Assembly: GCF_036559085.1 (NCBI RefSeq)
Contig: NZ_DATBTU010000075.1
Location: 68,705-132,704 of the forward strand
Direction: 5' to 3'
Source: Amnibacterium sp.
Lineage (GTDB): Bacteria > Actinomycetota > Actinomycetes > Actinomycetales > Microbacteriaceae
Length of the DNA: 64,000 nucleotides
The position numbers and the translations under genes are program-made. Positions within the stretch are counted from its first letter, which is position 1. Every line of letters starts with the position of its first letter. Positions 29,201 to 41,239 of this stretch are shown one piece after another. A model generated the notes under the pieces. The model saw only the letters and a list, made by a program, of their open reading frames with translations. It was not told the origin of the DNA and did not search any database.

Positions 29201-29639
29201 ACTCCACAGTGCGACAGCGGCTCCGCGCCGTCATGGGGATGATCGGTTTCGACATTGCCTGATCTACGACGGAAAGCGGGCCGAGGATGCGTGCTTATCT
29301 CGATAACGATGCACGCAAACAACAGGTGCCAGTAAGACTCGCACCGCCTTCGCTCTCGCTGCGTAAGCAAGAGTAGACAAGGCCGTCGGACCGGGTTCGC
29401 CTCCGCCCCGGTATCCGGCGTCATCTAGGGGGCTTGCTGCGGAAGTCCTGCCTCGGGGCTCCGTGGGACTCGAACCGGGACTGGGCCTGTCGTCCGTAAC
29501 CTGCCTGTGGCAAGGGACGGGGCCGAGCAGAACGTCACACACAGGCTGCGCCCGGAGAAGACGTCGTTCTCCAGCAGTGGACGGGGGTTCGATTCCCCCC
29601 ATCTCCACTCCTCGCGCGGACCGCTGTCGCACTGCGGAG
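29201..29639 (+). repeat. Long inverted repeat bracketing the tmRNA (arms 29201-29228 and 29613-29639)
   Basis: ACTCCACAGTGCGACAGCGGCTCCGCGC vs reverse complement of the right arm ACTCCGCAGTGCGACAGCGG-TCCGCGC: one mismatch, one bulge. Confidence 0.85.
29235..29606 (+). ncRNA. ssrA: tmRNA; tag reading frame (A)ASKTRTAFALAA at 29328-29366
   Basis: 5' GGGGATGATCGGTTTCGAC; 3' GGGGGTTCGATTCCCCCATCTCCA; acceptor GGGGATG/CATCTCC; ALAA-stop tag; located near smpB. Confidence 0.96.
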
Positions 29640-29660
29640 TCGATCGCATCGATCGTCGTC

Positions 29661-30908
29661 TCAGGCCGTGCCCGTGAACGTCAGGCCGAGCAGCACCACG
29701 TTCAGCGCGATCACCAGCGCGGCCGATGTCCAGCCTGCGATCCGCAGGCTCCGGCCGGCGACGTACGCGCCCATCACCGCGGGATCCGAGTTGAGGCGGA
29801 TGAGCGGCACCACCGCGAACGGGATCCCGAAGCTCAGCACGACCTGGCTGAGCACGAGGGTCGCCGTCGGCGGCGTGCCGATCGCGAGCAGGGCGAGCGC
29901 GGGCAGCAGCGTGACGGTCCGACGCACGAGCAGCGGCACCCGCACCTTGAGCAGCCCCGCCATCACCTCGGAGCCCGCGTAGGCGCCGACCGACGACGAG
30001 GCCAGGCCGGAGGCGAGCAGCCCGACCGCGAACAGCACGCCGACGACGGGCCCGAGCGCCGAGGTGATCGCGGCGTGCGCGCCCTCGATCGTCCCGGTGC
30101 CCGCGTGCCCCTGCAGGTTGGCCGCGGCGACGACGAGCAGCGCGATGTTCACCGCGCCGGCGAGTGCGAGGGCGACGATGACGTCCCACCGCGTGACCTT
30201 CAGCAGGTGGGGCAGCCGGTCGCCCGCGTCGCCGTGCCGGTCGCGGGTGAGCGACGAGTGCAGGTAGATCGCGTGCGGCATCACGGTGGCCCCGAGCATC
30301 GAGGCGGCCAGCAGGACGGATCCGCCGTCCTTGAGGCGGGGCACGAGGCCGCCGGCGACACCGGGCCAGCTCGTCGAGCCCGTGAAGACGCCCGCGGCGA
30401 AGCCGATCGTCAGCACCGCGAGGAGACCGACGACGATGCCCTCGAACAGCCGCTTGCTGCGGTGCCGCTGCGCCGCGAGCATCACCAGCGACACCCCGCC
30501 GACGATGAGGCCGCCGAGCAGCAGGGGCAGCCCGAAGAGCAGTCGGAGCGCGATCGCGCCGCCGATCACCTCGGCGACGTCGGTCGCGGCGGCCACGCTC
30601 TCCGCCTGCAGCCAGAACGCGATGCGGCCGCGGCGCGACAGCCGCCGGCCGAGGAGCTCGGGCAGGCTCGCGCCGCTGACGAGCCCGAGTCGCGCCGAGC
30701 AGTACTGCACCACGGCCGCGATCGTGTTCGCCACGACCAGCACCCAGACGAGCGCGTAGCCCTCGGTCGCGCCCGCGGTGATGTTGGCGGCGACGTTGCC
30801 CGGATCGACGTAGGCGATCGCGGCGACGAAGGCGGGCCCGAAGCCGGCGACGAGCCGGACGATCGGCACCCGGGGTCGCGCGACGGTCGTCGTGTCGGGC
30901 GCGGTCAC
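29661..30908 (-). CDS. mntH: Nramp family divalent metal (Mn2+) transporter
   Basis: AYVDPGN (DPGN motif), GATVMPHAIYLHS, SSSVGAYAG. Confidence 0.95.
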   Translation of the reverse strand: MTAPDTTTVARPRVPIVRLVAGFGPAFVAAIAYVDPGNVAANITAGATEGYALVWVLVVANTIAAVVQYCSARLGLVSGASLPELLGRRLSRRGRIAFWLQAESVAAATDVAEVIGGAIALRLLFGLPLLLGGLIVGGVSLVMLAAQRHRSKRLFEGIVVGLLAVLTIGFAAGVFTGSTSWPGVAGGLVPRLKDGGSVLLAASMLGATVMPHAIYLHSSLTRDRHGDAGDRLPHLLKVTRWDVIVALALAGAVNIALLVVAAANLQGHAGTGTIEGAHAAITSALGPVVGVLFAVGLLASGLASSSVGAYAGSEVMAGLLKVRVPLLVRRTVTLLPALALLAIGTPPTATLVLSQVVLSFGIPFAVVPLIRLNSDPAVMGAYVAGRSLRIAGWTSAALVIALNVVLLGLTFTGTA

Positions 30909-30922
30909 GGGGGCATCCTGCC

Positions 30923-31564
30923 TCACTCCGGCCGGATCGGGATCCCTCCTGGCTGGGGAAGCACCCCGTCGCGCTCGAGCGCGAGCAGCTGGACCTTCGC
31001 GGCCGCGCCGCCCCGGTAGGCGCCGGTCGTGCCGTCGGAGCGGACGACGCGGTGGCACGGCACGACCAGGGGCACCGGGTTCGTGGCGCACGCGGTGCCG
31101 ACGGCCCGGACCGCGCGCGGGTTGTCCGTGCGGGCGGCGAGCGCGGCGTAGCTGATCCGGACGCCGTACGGCACGGCCTTCAGCTGCTCGAGCACGGCCA
31201 GCCGGAAGCCCCGCGCGAGGCGCAGGTCGATCGCGCCGGTGTAGGGCTCCGCGCCGCCGGCGAAGTAGGCGTCGAGCCAGGCGGCGACCGCGTCGAGCCG
31301 CTTCGGCGACCGCAGCACCCGCGGGCCGACTCGGGTCGCGAGCTCGTCGAGCACGCCGTCCTCGTCCTCGATGGCGAACGCGAGCCGGGCGACGCCGGCC
31401 TCGGTCGCCGCGACGAGCAGCGGTCCGAGGGGCGAGTCCACCCGGCGGTAGTGCACGTCGGGGGAGTCGTCGCCCACCGCTGCCGCCTCGAGGCGGGCGT
31501 GCAGCCGGGCGAGCAGCGCCGGATCCGCGTCCGGCACGGTCAGCGGGGCGAGTGTCTCGGTCAT
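30923..31564 (-). CDS. ogt: Methylated-DNA--protein-cysteine S-methyltransferase with N-terminal extension
   Basis: DSPLGPL, VPYG..ISY, RAVGTACATNPVPLVVPCHRVV (active-site Cys). Confidence 0.95.
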   Translation of the reverse strand: MTETLAPLTVPDADPALLARLHARLEAAAVGDDSPDVHYRRVDSPLGPLLVAATEAGVARLAFAIEDEDGVLDELATRVGPRVLRSPKRLDAVAAWLDAYFAGGAEPYTGAIDLRLARGFRLAVLEQLKAVPYGVRISYAALAARTDNPRAVRAVGTACATNPVPLVVPCHRVVRSDGTTGAYRGGAAAKVQLLALERDGVLPQPGGIPIRPE

Positions 31565-32082
31565 GCGATCTCCTTCCCGGCGAGCAGGGCGCGGAGCCGC
31601 TGCACGCCGTCCGAGGCGGCCTTGCGAGCCGCGGCCGGGGTGGTGCCGGTGAGGTCGGCGACCTCCGTGAACGGCACCCCGGCGAGGTGGTGGTGCACCA
31701 CCGCGGCGCGCTGCCGCGGTGGCAGGAGCTGCAGCGCGGCCCACAGGTCGAGGTCGCGGTCTCCCGGGACCCCGAGCCGCGAATCCGTCTCGGGCAGCTC
31801 GTCCGTGGGGATCGCGGTCCGCGCCTGTGCCCGCAGCACGTCGATGGCCTTGCGGTGCGCGATGGTGACGAGCCAGCCGGCGGTGTTCCCATCGAAGGCG
31901 GGCCAGGCGCGCATCGCGGCGAGGAAGGTCTCGCTCCAGGCGTCCTCGGCGTCGTGCTCGACCAGCATCCCGCGGCAGACCCGCCAGACGAGGGCGCCGT
32001 GCTCCTCGACCACGCGCTCGAACGGGGCCCTGCCGGCGGCGAGGTTCGCGGGCCGGATCGCTCGGGTGGGGGATGCGCTCAC
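31561..32082 (-). CDS. ECF RNA polymerase sigma factor, translationally coupled to ogt
   Basis: DAEDAWSETFLAA, WLVTIAHRKAID (region 2), LPPRQRAAV...EVADLTG (region 4); ATGA overlap with ogt. Confidence 0.9.
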   Translation of the reverse strand: MSASPTRAIRPANLAAGRAPFERVVEEHGALVWRVCRGMLVEHDAEDAWSETFLAAMRAWPAFDGNTAGWLVTIAHRKAIDVLRAQARTAIPTDELPETDSRLGVPGDRDLDLWAALQLLPPRQRAAVVHHHLAGVPFTEVADLTGTTPAAARKAASDGVQRLRALLAGKEIA

Positions 32083-32088
32083 ATCAGG

Positions 32089-32916
32089 TCAACGCGCGGC
32101 GGCGTCGGGATGTGAGGTGCGCAGCCCGATCTTCTCGAGCGCGGCCTCGTGCAGGAGGCCGTTCGTGGCGAGCGCCGTGCCGTGCCAGGGGCCCGGCCGG
32201 CCGTCGAGGGAGGTGAACCGGCCGCCCGCCTCGGTGATGATCGGCACGAGCGCGGCCATGTCCCACACCTTCAGGTCCGGCTCCCCGGCGACGTCGACCT
32301 GGCCCTCGGCGACGAGCACGTACGACCAGAAGTCGCCGAGGCCGCGGGTGCGCCAGCAGCTGCGGGCGAGCGCGAGCAGCCCGTCGAGGGCGCCGGCGTC
32401 GTCCCAGCCCTGCAGCGAGTTGTAGCTGAGCAGGGCGTCGGGCAGCTCCGCCACCTGCGACACCGAGATCCGGGCGGGGGCGCCGGTGCCGCGCTCGGTG
32501 ACCGTGGCCGTCCAGGCGCCGTTGCCGCGCGCGGCCCACCAGCGGCGCCGCAGCGCGGGGGCGGCGACGACGCCGAGCACCGGCTCGCCGTCGACCGCGA
32601 GCGCGATGAGGGTGGCCCAGATCGGCAGGCCGCGGAGGAAGTTCGTCGTGCCGTCGATCGGGTCGATGATCCACTGGCGGCCGGGCAGCGGCTCGCCGCC
32701 GTACTCCTCGCCGAGCACCCCGTCGTCGCGGCGGGCGTCCCGGAGCGCTGCGCGGAGGGCCTGCTCGATCGCCTGGTCCGCATCCGTGACCGGCGTGCGG
32801 TCGGGCTTCGTGGTGATCGTGAGGTCGGATGCGCGGAAGCGGTCGCTGGCGAGCACGTGGGCCATGTCGGCGAGATCGAGCGCGAGCTGCAGGTCCTCGA
32901 AGATGCCGGCGGTCAC
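32089..32916 (-). CDS. hisN: Histidinol-phosphate phosphatase (inositol monophosphatase family)
   Basis: KPDRTPVTDAD, GEEYG, WIIDPIDGTTNF, GDFWSY, WDMAA. Confidence 0.9.
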   Translation of the reverse strand: MTAGIFEDLQLALDLADMAHVLASDRFRASDLTITTKPDRTPVTDADQAIEQALRAALRDARRDDGVLGEEYGGEPLPGRQWIIDPIDGTTNFLRGLPIWATLIALAVDGEPVLGVVAAPALRRRWWAARGNGAWTATVTERGTGAPARISVSQVAELPDALLSYNSLQGWDDAGALDGLLALARSCWRTRGLGDFWSYVLVAEGQVDVAGEPDLKVWDMAALVPIITEAGGRFTSLDGRPGPWHGTALATNGLLHEAALEKIGLRTSHPDAAAR

Positions 32917-32925
32917 GGGCTCAGC

Positions 32926-34020
32926 CTAGGGATCCTCGTCGTCCGCGCCCACGACCCGTCCGCCCCTGGCCTCCAGCAGCCGCTGCAGCGACTCGAGCCG
33001 CCGCCGGCCCGCCTCGCCGAGCTCGCCGCCGTTCACCCGGTCGACGATCTCCCAGTCGTGGGCGTCCTGCAGCAGGATGCCGTCGGGCGGGTCCACGACG
33101 GGGCGGCTCCGCGCGACGAACGACCGCAGGATGTTCGCCGGGTCGACGTGGCCGAGGCCGAACGACCGGATGCCCGGGGTGTCGATGACCCAGCCGGTGG
33201 CGGGGAACCCGGCTGCGACGTCCTCGGGGGTCGCGCGCACCCGCAGCGAGATGCTCGACGACGAGGTGTGCCGGCCGCGGCCGGTGACCGCGTTCACGAC
33301 GCCGGTCGCCCGGCCGGCCTCGGGCACGAGCACGTTGACGATCGTGGACTTGCCGACGCCGGAGTGCCCGACCGCGACCGTGGTGCGGCCGAGGAGCAGG
33401 CGGCGCAGGTCCGTCAGGTCCTCGCCGCGCTGCGTCGTGACGGCGGTGAGGTCGAGCGGCGCGAACTCGGCGAGCAGCGGCGCCGGATCGGCGAGGTCGG
33501 TCTTCGTGACGAGCAGCACGGCGTCGAGCCCGGCGTCGAACGCGGCGACGAGGTAGCGGTCGATGAGCGCCGGCCGCGGCTCGGGGTCGGCGGCCGCGAC
33601 GACGATGAGCAGCTGGTCGGCGTTCGCCACCACCACCCGCTCCACCTCGTCCGTGTCGTCGGCGCTGCGGCGGAGCACGGTGCGGCGGGGCTCGATCCGG
33701 ACGATGCGGGCGAGGGTGCCGGCTTCGCCGCTCGTGTCGCCGACGACGTCGACCGCGTCGCCCGTGACGACGCCCGCCTTGCCGAGCTCGCGTGCGCGTG
33801 TCGCCGGCACGTCCCGCTCCTCGGGCGTCCCCTCGAACAGGAGCACCTGCATCCGTCCGCGATCGACGGTCAGCACGCGCCCGGGCACGGCGTCCTCGTA
33901 CGCGGGCCGCTGCTTCGTGCGGGGCCGGGAGCCGCGCGGGTTCGGGCGGACGTGCGCGTCGGACTCGTCGTACTCCCCGTACGGGCGGTCGTCGTCATCG
34001 TCGTCCGTCAGCCAGCTCAT
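32926..34020 (-). CDS. rsgA: Ribosome small subunit-dependent GTPase A
   Basis: Circularly permuted GTPase motifs [26 protein letters not shown]. Confidence 0.93.
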   Translation of the reverse strand: MSWLTDDDDDDRPYGEYDESDAHVRPNPRGSRPRTKQRPAYEDAVPGRVLTVDRGRMQVLLFEGTPEERDVPATRARELGKAGVVTGDAVDVVGDTSGEAGTLARIVRIEPRRTVLRRSADDTDEVERVVVANADQLLIVVAAADPEPRPALIDRYLVAAFDAGLDAVLLVTKTDLADPAPLLAEFAPLDLTAVTTQRGEDLTDLRRLLLGRTTVAVGHSGVGKSTIVNVLVPEAGRATGVVNAVTGRGRHTSSSSISLRVRATPEDVAAGFPATGWVIDTPGIRSFGLGHVDPANILRSFVARSRPVVDPPDGILLQDAHDWEIVDRVNGGELGEAGRRRLESLQRLLEARGGRVVGADDEDP

Positions 34021-35339
34021 CCGAGCATCCGCCCCCAGCGGTCCGGGAAGTCGGGCATCGTCTTGCTCGTCGTGCCGATGTCGTCGACCGTCAGGCCGTC
34101 CACGGCGAGGCCGAGCAGGGCGCCCGTCGTCGCCATCCGGTGGTCGCCGTAGGCACCCCACGGCCCCGCGGGTGTGTGCAGCGGGCCGGGATCGACGACG
34201 AGTCCGTCCTCGGTCTCCGTCGTCGTGGCCCCGACGGCCGTCAGCTCGGCGGCGAGCGCCGCGAGACGGTCGGTCTCGTGGCCGCGCAGGTGGCCGATGC
34301 CGGTGAAGGTGCTGCGGCCGTCCGCGAAGGCCGCGAGGCCCACCAGCGTCGGGGTGAGCTCGCCGGCCTCCGACAGGTCGAGGTCCACCGCCGTCAGGGG
34401 CCGCGCGAGGGCACCGGCGCCGCCGTCCACCACCAGCGTGTCGTGCTCGCGGCGCACCTCGGCTCCGAACGCGGCGAGGAGCTCGCGGAGCCGGGCGCCG
34501 ACCTGCGTCGTCTCGCCGGGCCAGCCGGGCACCGCGACGGTGCCACCGGCCACGAGCGCCGCGGCGAGGAACGGGGCGGCGTTCGAGAGGTCGGGCTCGA
34601 TCGAGACCTCGCGCCCGCGGATGCGGTGCGGCCAGACCCGCCAGGACGCGGCCGGGGGCTCGAGGCCGATCTCCTCGGCGTGCGCGCCGCGACGCCGCAG
34701 CGCGTCGATCGTCATGTCGATGTGCGGCGTCGAGGGGAGCCGGCTGCCGCGGTGCTCGATGACGATCCCGTCGGGCAGCCGCGCACCGACGAGCAGCAGG
34801 CCCGAGACGAACTGGCTCGATCCCGATGCGTCGATGGTCACGCGGCCGCCGCGCACGCCGTCGCCGCCGGTCACCGTGAAGGGCAGGGTCCCGCGGCCGT
34901 CGTCGTCGACGGTCGCCCCCAGCGCGCGCAGGGACAGCACGGTGGTGGCCATCGGCCGGGCGCGCGCCCGCTCGTCGCCGTCGAAGCGGACGGGGCCGTC
35001 GGCGAGGAGGGCGACGGGTGGCAGGAACCGCATCAGGGTACCGGCGAGGCCGCAGTCGATGTCGGCGCCGCCGGCGACGGGCGCGGGCGTGATCCGCAGG
35101 TCCCCGTCGTCCGTCCGCTCGATCGAGGCGCCCAGCTGCCGGAGGGCGTCGACCATGAGATCCGTGTCGCGTGCCTGCAGCGGACGCCGCAGCGTGGAGG
35201 GGCCGTCGGCGAGCGCGGAGAGGACGAGCTCCCGGTTGGTGAGGCTCTTGGAGCCCGGCAGCTCGACCCTCGCCGCGAGCGGTCCGGACGCCGTCGGCGC
35301 GCGCCACCCCGAGGATCCGGAATAGGTCGGCGCGGGCAT
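34017..35339 (-). CDS. aroA: 3-phosphoshikimate 1-carboxyvinyltransferase (EPSP synthase)
   Basis: [46 protein letters not shown]. Confidence 0.96.
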   Translation of the reverse strand: MPAPTYSGSSGWRAPTASGPLAARVELPGSKSLTNRELVLSALADGPSTLRRPLQARDTDLMVDALRQLGASIERTDDGDLRITPAPVAGGADIDCGLAGTLMRFLPPVALLADGPVRFDGDERARARPMATTVLSLRALGATVDDDGRGTLPFTVTGGDGVRGGRVTIDASGSSQFVSGLLLVGARLPDGIVIEHRGSRLPSTPHIDMTIDALRRRGAHAEEIGLEPPAASWRVWPHRIRGREVSIEPDLSNAAPFLAAALVAGGTVAVPGWPGETTQVGARLRELLAAFGAEVRREHDTLVVDGGAGALARPLTAVDLDLSEAGELTPTLVGLAAFADGRSTFTGIGHLRGHETDRLAALAAELTAVGATTTETEDGLVVDPGPLHTPAGPWGAYGDHRMATTGALLGLAVDGLTVDDIGTTSKTMPDFPDRWGRMLG

Positions 35340-35344
35340 CGGTT
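35319..35344 (+). promoter_or_regulatory. SigH/SigR-type autoregulatory promoter
   Basis: GGAAT (35319-35323), 18 nt, GTT (35342-35344) matches the SigR/SigH consensus; AAGGAGG RBS at 35373-35379 before in-frame GTG 35382/ATG 35385. Confidence 0.75.
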
Positions 35345-35480
35345 CCACCCTAGGTCCGGCGAACGTGAAGTGAAGGAGGGCGTGATGGCGGCAGCAGTGC
35401 TCGACGCGCCGATCCGCGCTCAGCCCGCGCTCGCCCCACGTCCGATCCGCGCCGAGTGGCCGCCCGTAGAATCCTGGGCC

Positions 35481-36284
35481 ATGTCCACTCCGTCCGACCG
35501 CCCCGTCGACGACCACGAGGTCGTCCCCTCCGTCGATCAGGACGAGGACCTCGAGACGCAGGACGAGGACCTCGACGAGCAGGTCGACGAGGCGCCCGAC
35601 GCAGAGACGCTCGAAGACGAGACCGAGGCCGTCGAGGAGGAGCTCGAGGACGTCCCGATCGCGATCGGCGACGAGGAGCTGCGCAGCCTCTTCGAGGAGC
35701 AGGCGCTGCCGTTCCTCGACCAGCTCTACGCGGCGGGCATGCGGATGACCCGCAACCCGGCCGACGCGCAGGACCTCGTCCAGGAGACGTACGTGAAGGC
35801 GTTCAGCGCCTTCCGCCAGTTCCAGCAGGGGACGAACCTGAAGGCCTGGCTGTACCGCATCCTCACGAACACGTTCATCAACAGCTACCGCAAGAAGCAG
35901 CGGGACCCGTACAAGAACACCATCGACGACCTCGAGGACTGGCAGCTCGGCGAGGCCGTCTCCACCACGTCGGCGTCGCGGGTGTCGCGGTCCGCCGAGG
36001 CGGAGGCGATCGACCACCTGCCCGACTCCACGGTGAAGGACGCGTTGCAGTCCATCCCCGAGGACTTCCGGCTGGCGGTCTATCTCGCCGACGTCGAGGG
36101 CTTCTCCTACCAGGAGATCGCCGACATCATGAAGACGCCCGTTGGCACCGTGATGAGCCGCCTCCACCGAGGCCGCCGGCTCCTCCGGGACCGTCTCACC
36201 GATTACGCACAGGAACGCGGGATCGCGATGGGCGCCGTGTCGCGCCGCGCCGCGCCCGCTCGGAGAGGGGCAGTGACGCCATGA
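35481..36284 (+). CDS. sigH: ECF sigma factor SigH/SigR (short form; possible long form from 35382/35385)
   Basis: [55 protein letters not shown]; TAGAAT -10 at 35467-35472. Confidence 0.93.
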   Translation: MSTPSDRPVDDHEVVPSVDQDEDLETQDEDLDEQVDEAPDAETLEDETEAVEEELEDVPIAIGDEELRSLFEEQALPFLDQLYAAGMRMTRNPADAQDLVQETYVKAFSAFRQFQQGTNLKAWLYRILTNTFINSYRKKQRDPYKNTIDDLEDWQLGEAVSTTSASRVSRSAEAEAIDHLPDSTVKDALQSIPEDFRLAVYLADVEGFSYQEIADIMKTPVGTVMSRLHRGRRLLRDRLTDYAQERGIAMGAVSRRAAPARRGAVTP

Positions 36285-36523
36285 CCGACTGCGGTTGCGA
36301 GAAGGCCAAGCAGGATCTGGAGGAGTACCTCCACCAGGAGCTGGAGCGCTCCGAGTACGCGGACATCACCGAGCACATGGCCGGGTGCGTGGACTGCGCG
36401 GAGGAGCACCACATCGGTGTCGTGCTCACCGAGGCCGTGCGCAGGGCCTGCCGCGACACGGCGCCCGAGGAGCTCCGCGAGACCGTGATGCTGCAGCTGC
36501 GCCTCATCGCGCGGCACGCGTAG
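36281..36523 (+). CDS. rshA: Zinc-binding anti-sigma factor (RshA/RsrA)
   Basis: ZAS motif HMAGCVDC, N-terminal CGC, APEELR; overlaps the sigH stop codon. Confidence 0.92.
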   Translation: MTDCGCEKAKQDLEEYLHQELERSEYADITEHMAGCVDCAEEHHIGVVLTEAVRRACRDTAPEELRETVMLQLRLIARHA

Positions 36524-36532
36524 GCGCCGAGC

Positions 36533-36733
36533 TCACCTCCCGCCGAAGAGCCTCCGCAGGGGGCCCGGCAGCCGCTCGAGCAGCGCGTCGACGTCGACGC
36601 CGTACTTCTTGAGGGTCTCCGCGTACTGCATCGGATCGACCTGCTCCGGCAGGTGCTGCTCCGCCTGATCGGCGAGCGCGCCCCTGCCGCGCTGCCGCAG
36701 GAAGTCGACGATGGTCGATCGCGGGATCTGCAT
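36533..36733 (-). CDS. Small hypothetical protein (66 aa)
   Basis: MQIPRSTIVDFLRQRG...ADQAEQHLPEQVD...LKKYGVD; typical codon usage. Confidence 0.7.
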   Translation of the reverse strand: MQIPRSTIVDFLRQRGRGALADQAEQHLPEQVDPMQYAETLKKYGVDVDALLERLPGPLRRLFGGR

Positions 36734-36760
36734 GCCGCCAGCCTGACGCATCCGCCTGGA

Positions 36761-36851
36761 CCGGTCCCGGGCGTAGGGGATCGTGCCCGGAGTAGGGGCC
36801 GAGGCGGTGTGTCGGCCTACGCCTGGCACGAATGCCTACGCCCGGCACCGG
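36761..36851. repeat. Nested-palindrome repeat, family 2 (copy A)
   Basis: CCGGTcCCGGGCGTAGGG-13-GTAGGG-17-GCCTAC-13-GCCTACGCCCGGcACCGG. Confidence 0.85.
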
Positions 36852-36986
36852 GCTGCGGCTCACCCCCATGCAGCGGGACGGCGACCGGCTGCGGGCTCCC
36901 TCGGTGGGGCGAGGGGCAGGGACGGATGGTGGGTGGCCGGCTTCTCGAGGCGGGTCGCCACGTATTGATGGCTGGGTCGGTCGGCG

Positions 36987-37057
36987 ACGGAGGATCTGGT
37001 CGGTAGCGGAGGACGCGGAGGCCGATTCTGTCCTCCGGTAGCGACGGAATCCTCCGT
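36987..37057. repeat. Nested-palindrome repeat, family 1 variant
   Basis: GAGGAT 36990, 13 nt, GAGGAC 37009, 15 nt, GTCCTC 37030, 13 nt, ATCCTC 37049; shares GCCGAT in the central loop with the 16902 copy. Confidence 0.75.
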
Positions 37058-37071
37058 TCGCGCCGCCCTCG

Positions 37072-37156
37072 GTGCCGGGCGTAGGGGACCGTGCGCGTCG
37101 TAGGGGCATATCCGGCGTGTCGGCATACACCCGGGACGATTGCCCACGGCCGGGAC
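37072..37156. repeat. Nested-palindrome repeat, family 2 (copy B)
   Basis: Ungapped 65/82 identity with copy A (36767-36848 vs 37075-37156). Confidence 0.8.
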
Positions 37157-37186
37157 GTGGTGGCCGGCGGCGCGGCCCGCACATGC

Positions 37187-37218
37187 GGATGGGAGGGGCC
37201 GACCGGCCCCTCCCATCC
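37187..37218 (-). terminator. Hairpin downstream of kgd
   Basis: GGATGGGAGGGGCC-gacc-GGCCCCTCCCATCC, perfect 14-bp stem. Confidence 0.75.
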
Positions 37219-37232
37219 GGGCCACGCGTTCG

Positions 37233-41141
<3,909 letters not shown>

Positions 41142-41239
41142 GGTGCTCCTCGCCCACTTCCGTTGCACATCGCTGATCTGCTCGTCCGAGGGTACGCCTC
41201 GGCGTCCGAGCGGCCGGTCAGACGGATACCGTTTCGGCC

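Noticed and set aside
29235-30908. Prophage or island integrated at ssrA
   Set aside because: No integrase and no second copy of the tmRNA 3' end; downstream genes are housekeeping.
30909-30922. yybP-ykoY Mn riboswitch or MntR box before mntH
   Set aside because: Only 14 nt separate ogt and mntH.
14243-37156. CRISPR array made of the palindromic repeats
   Set aside because: Copies are dispersed, are not regularly spaced with unique spacers, and no cas genes are present.
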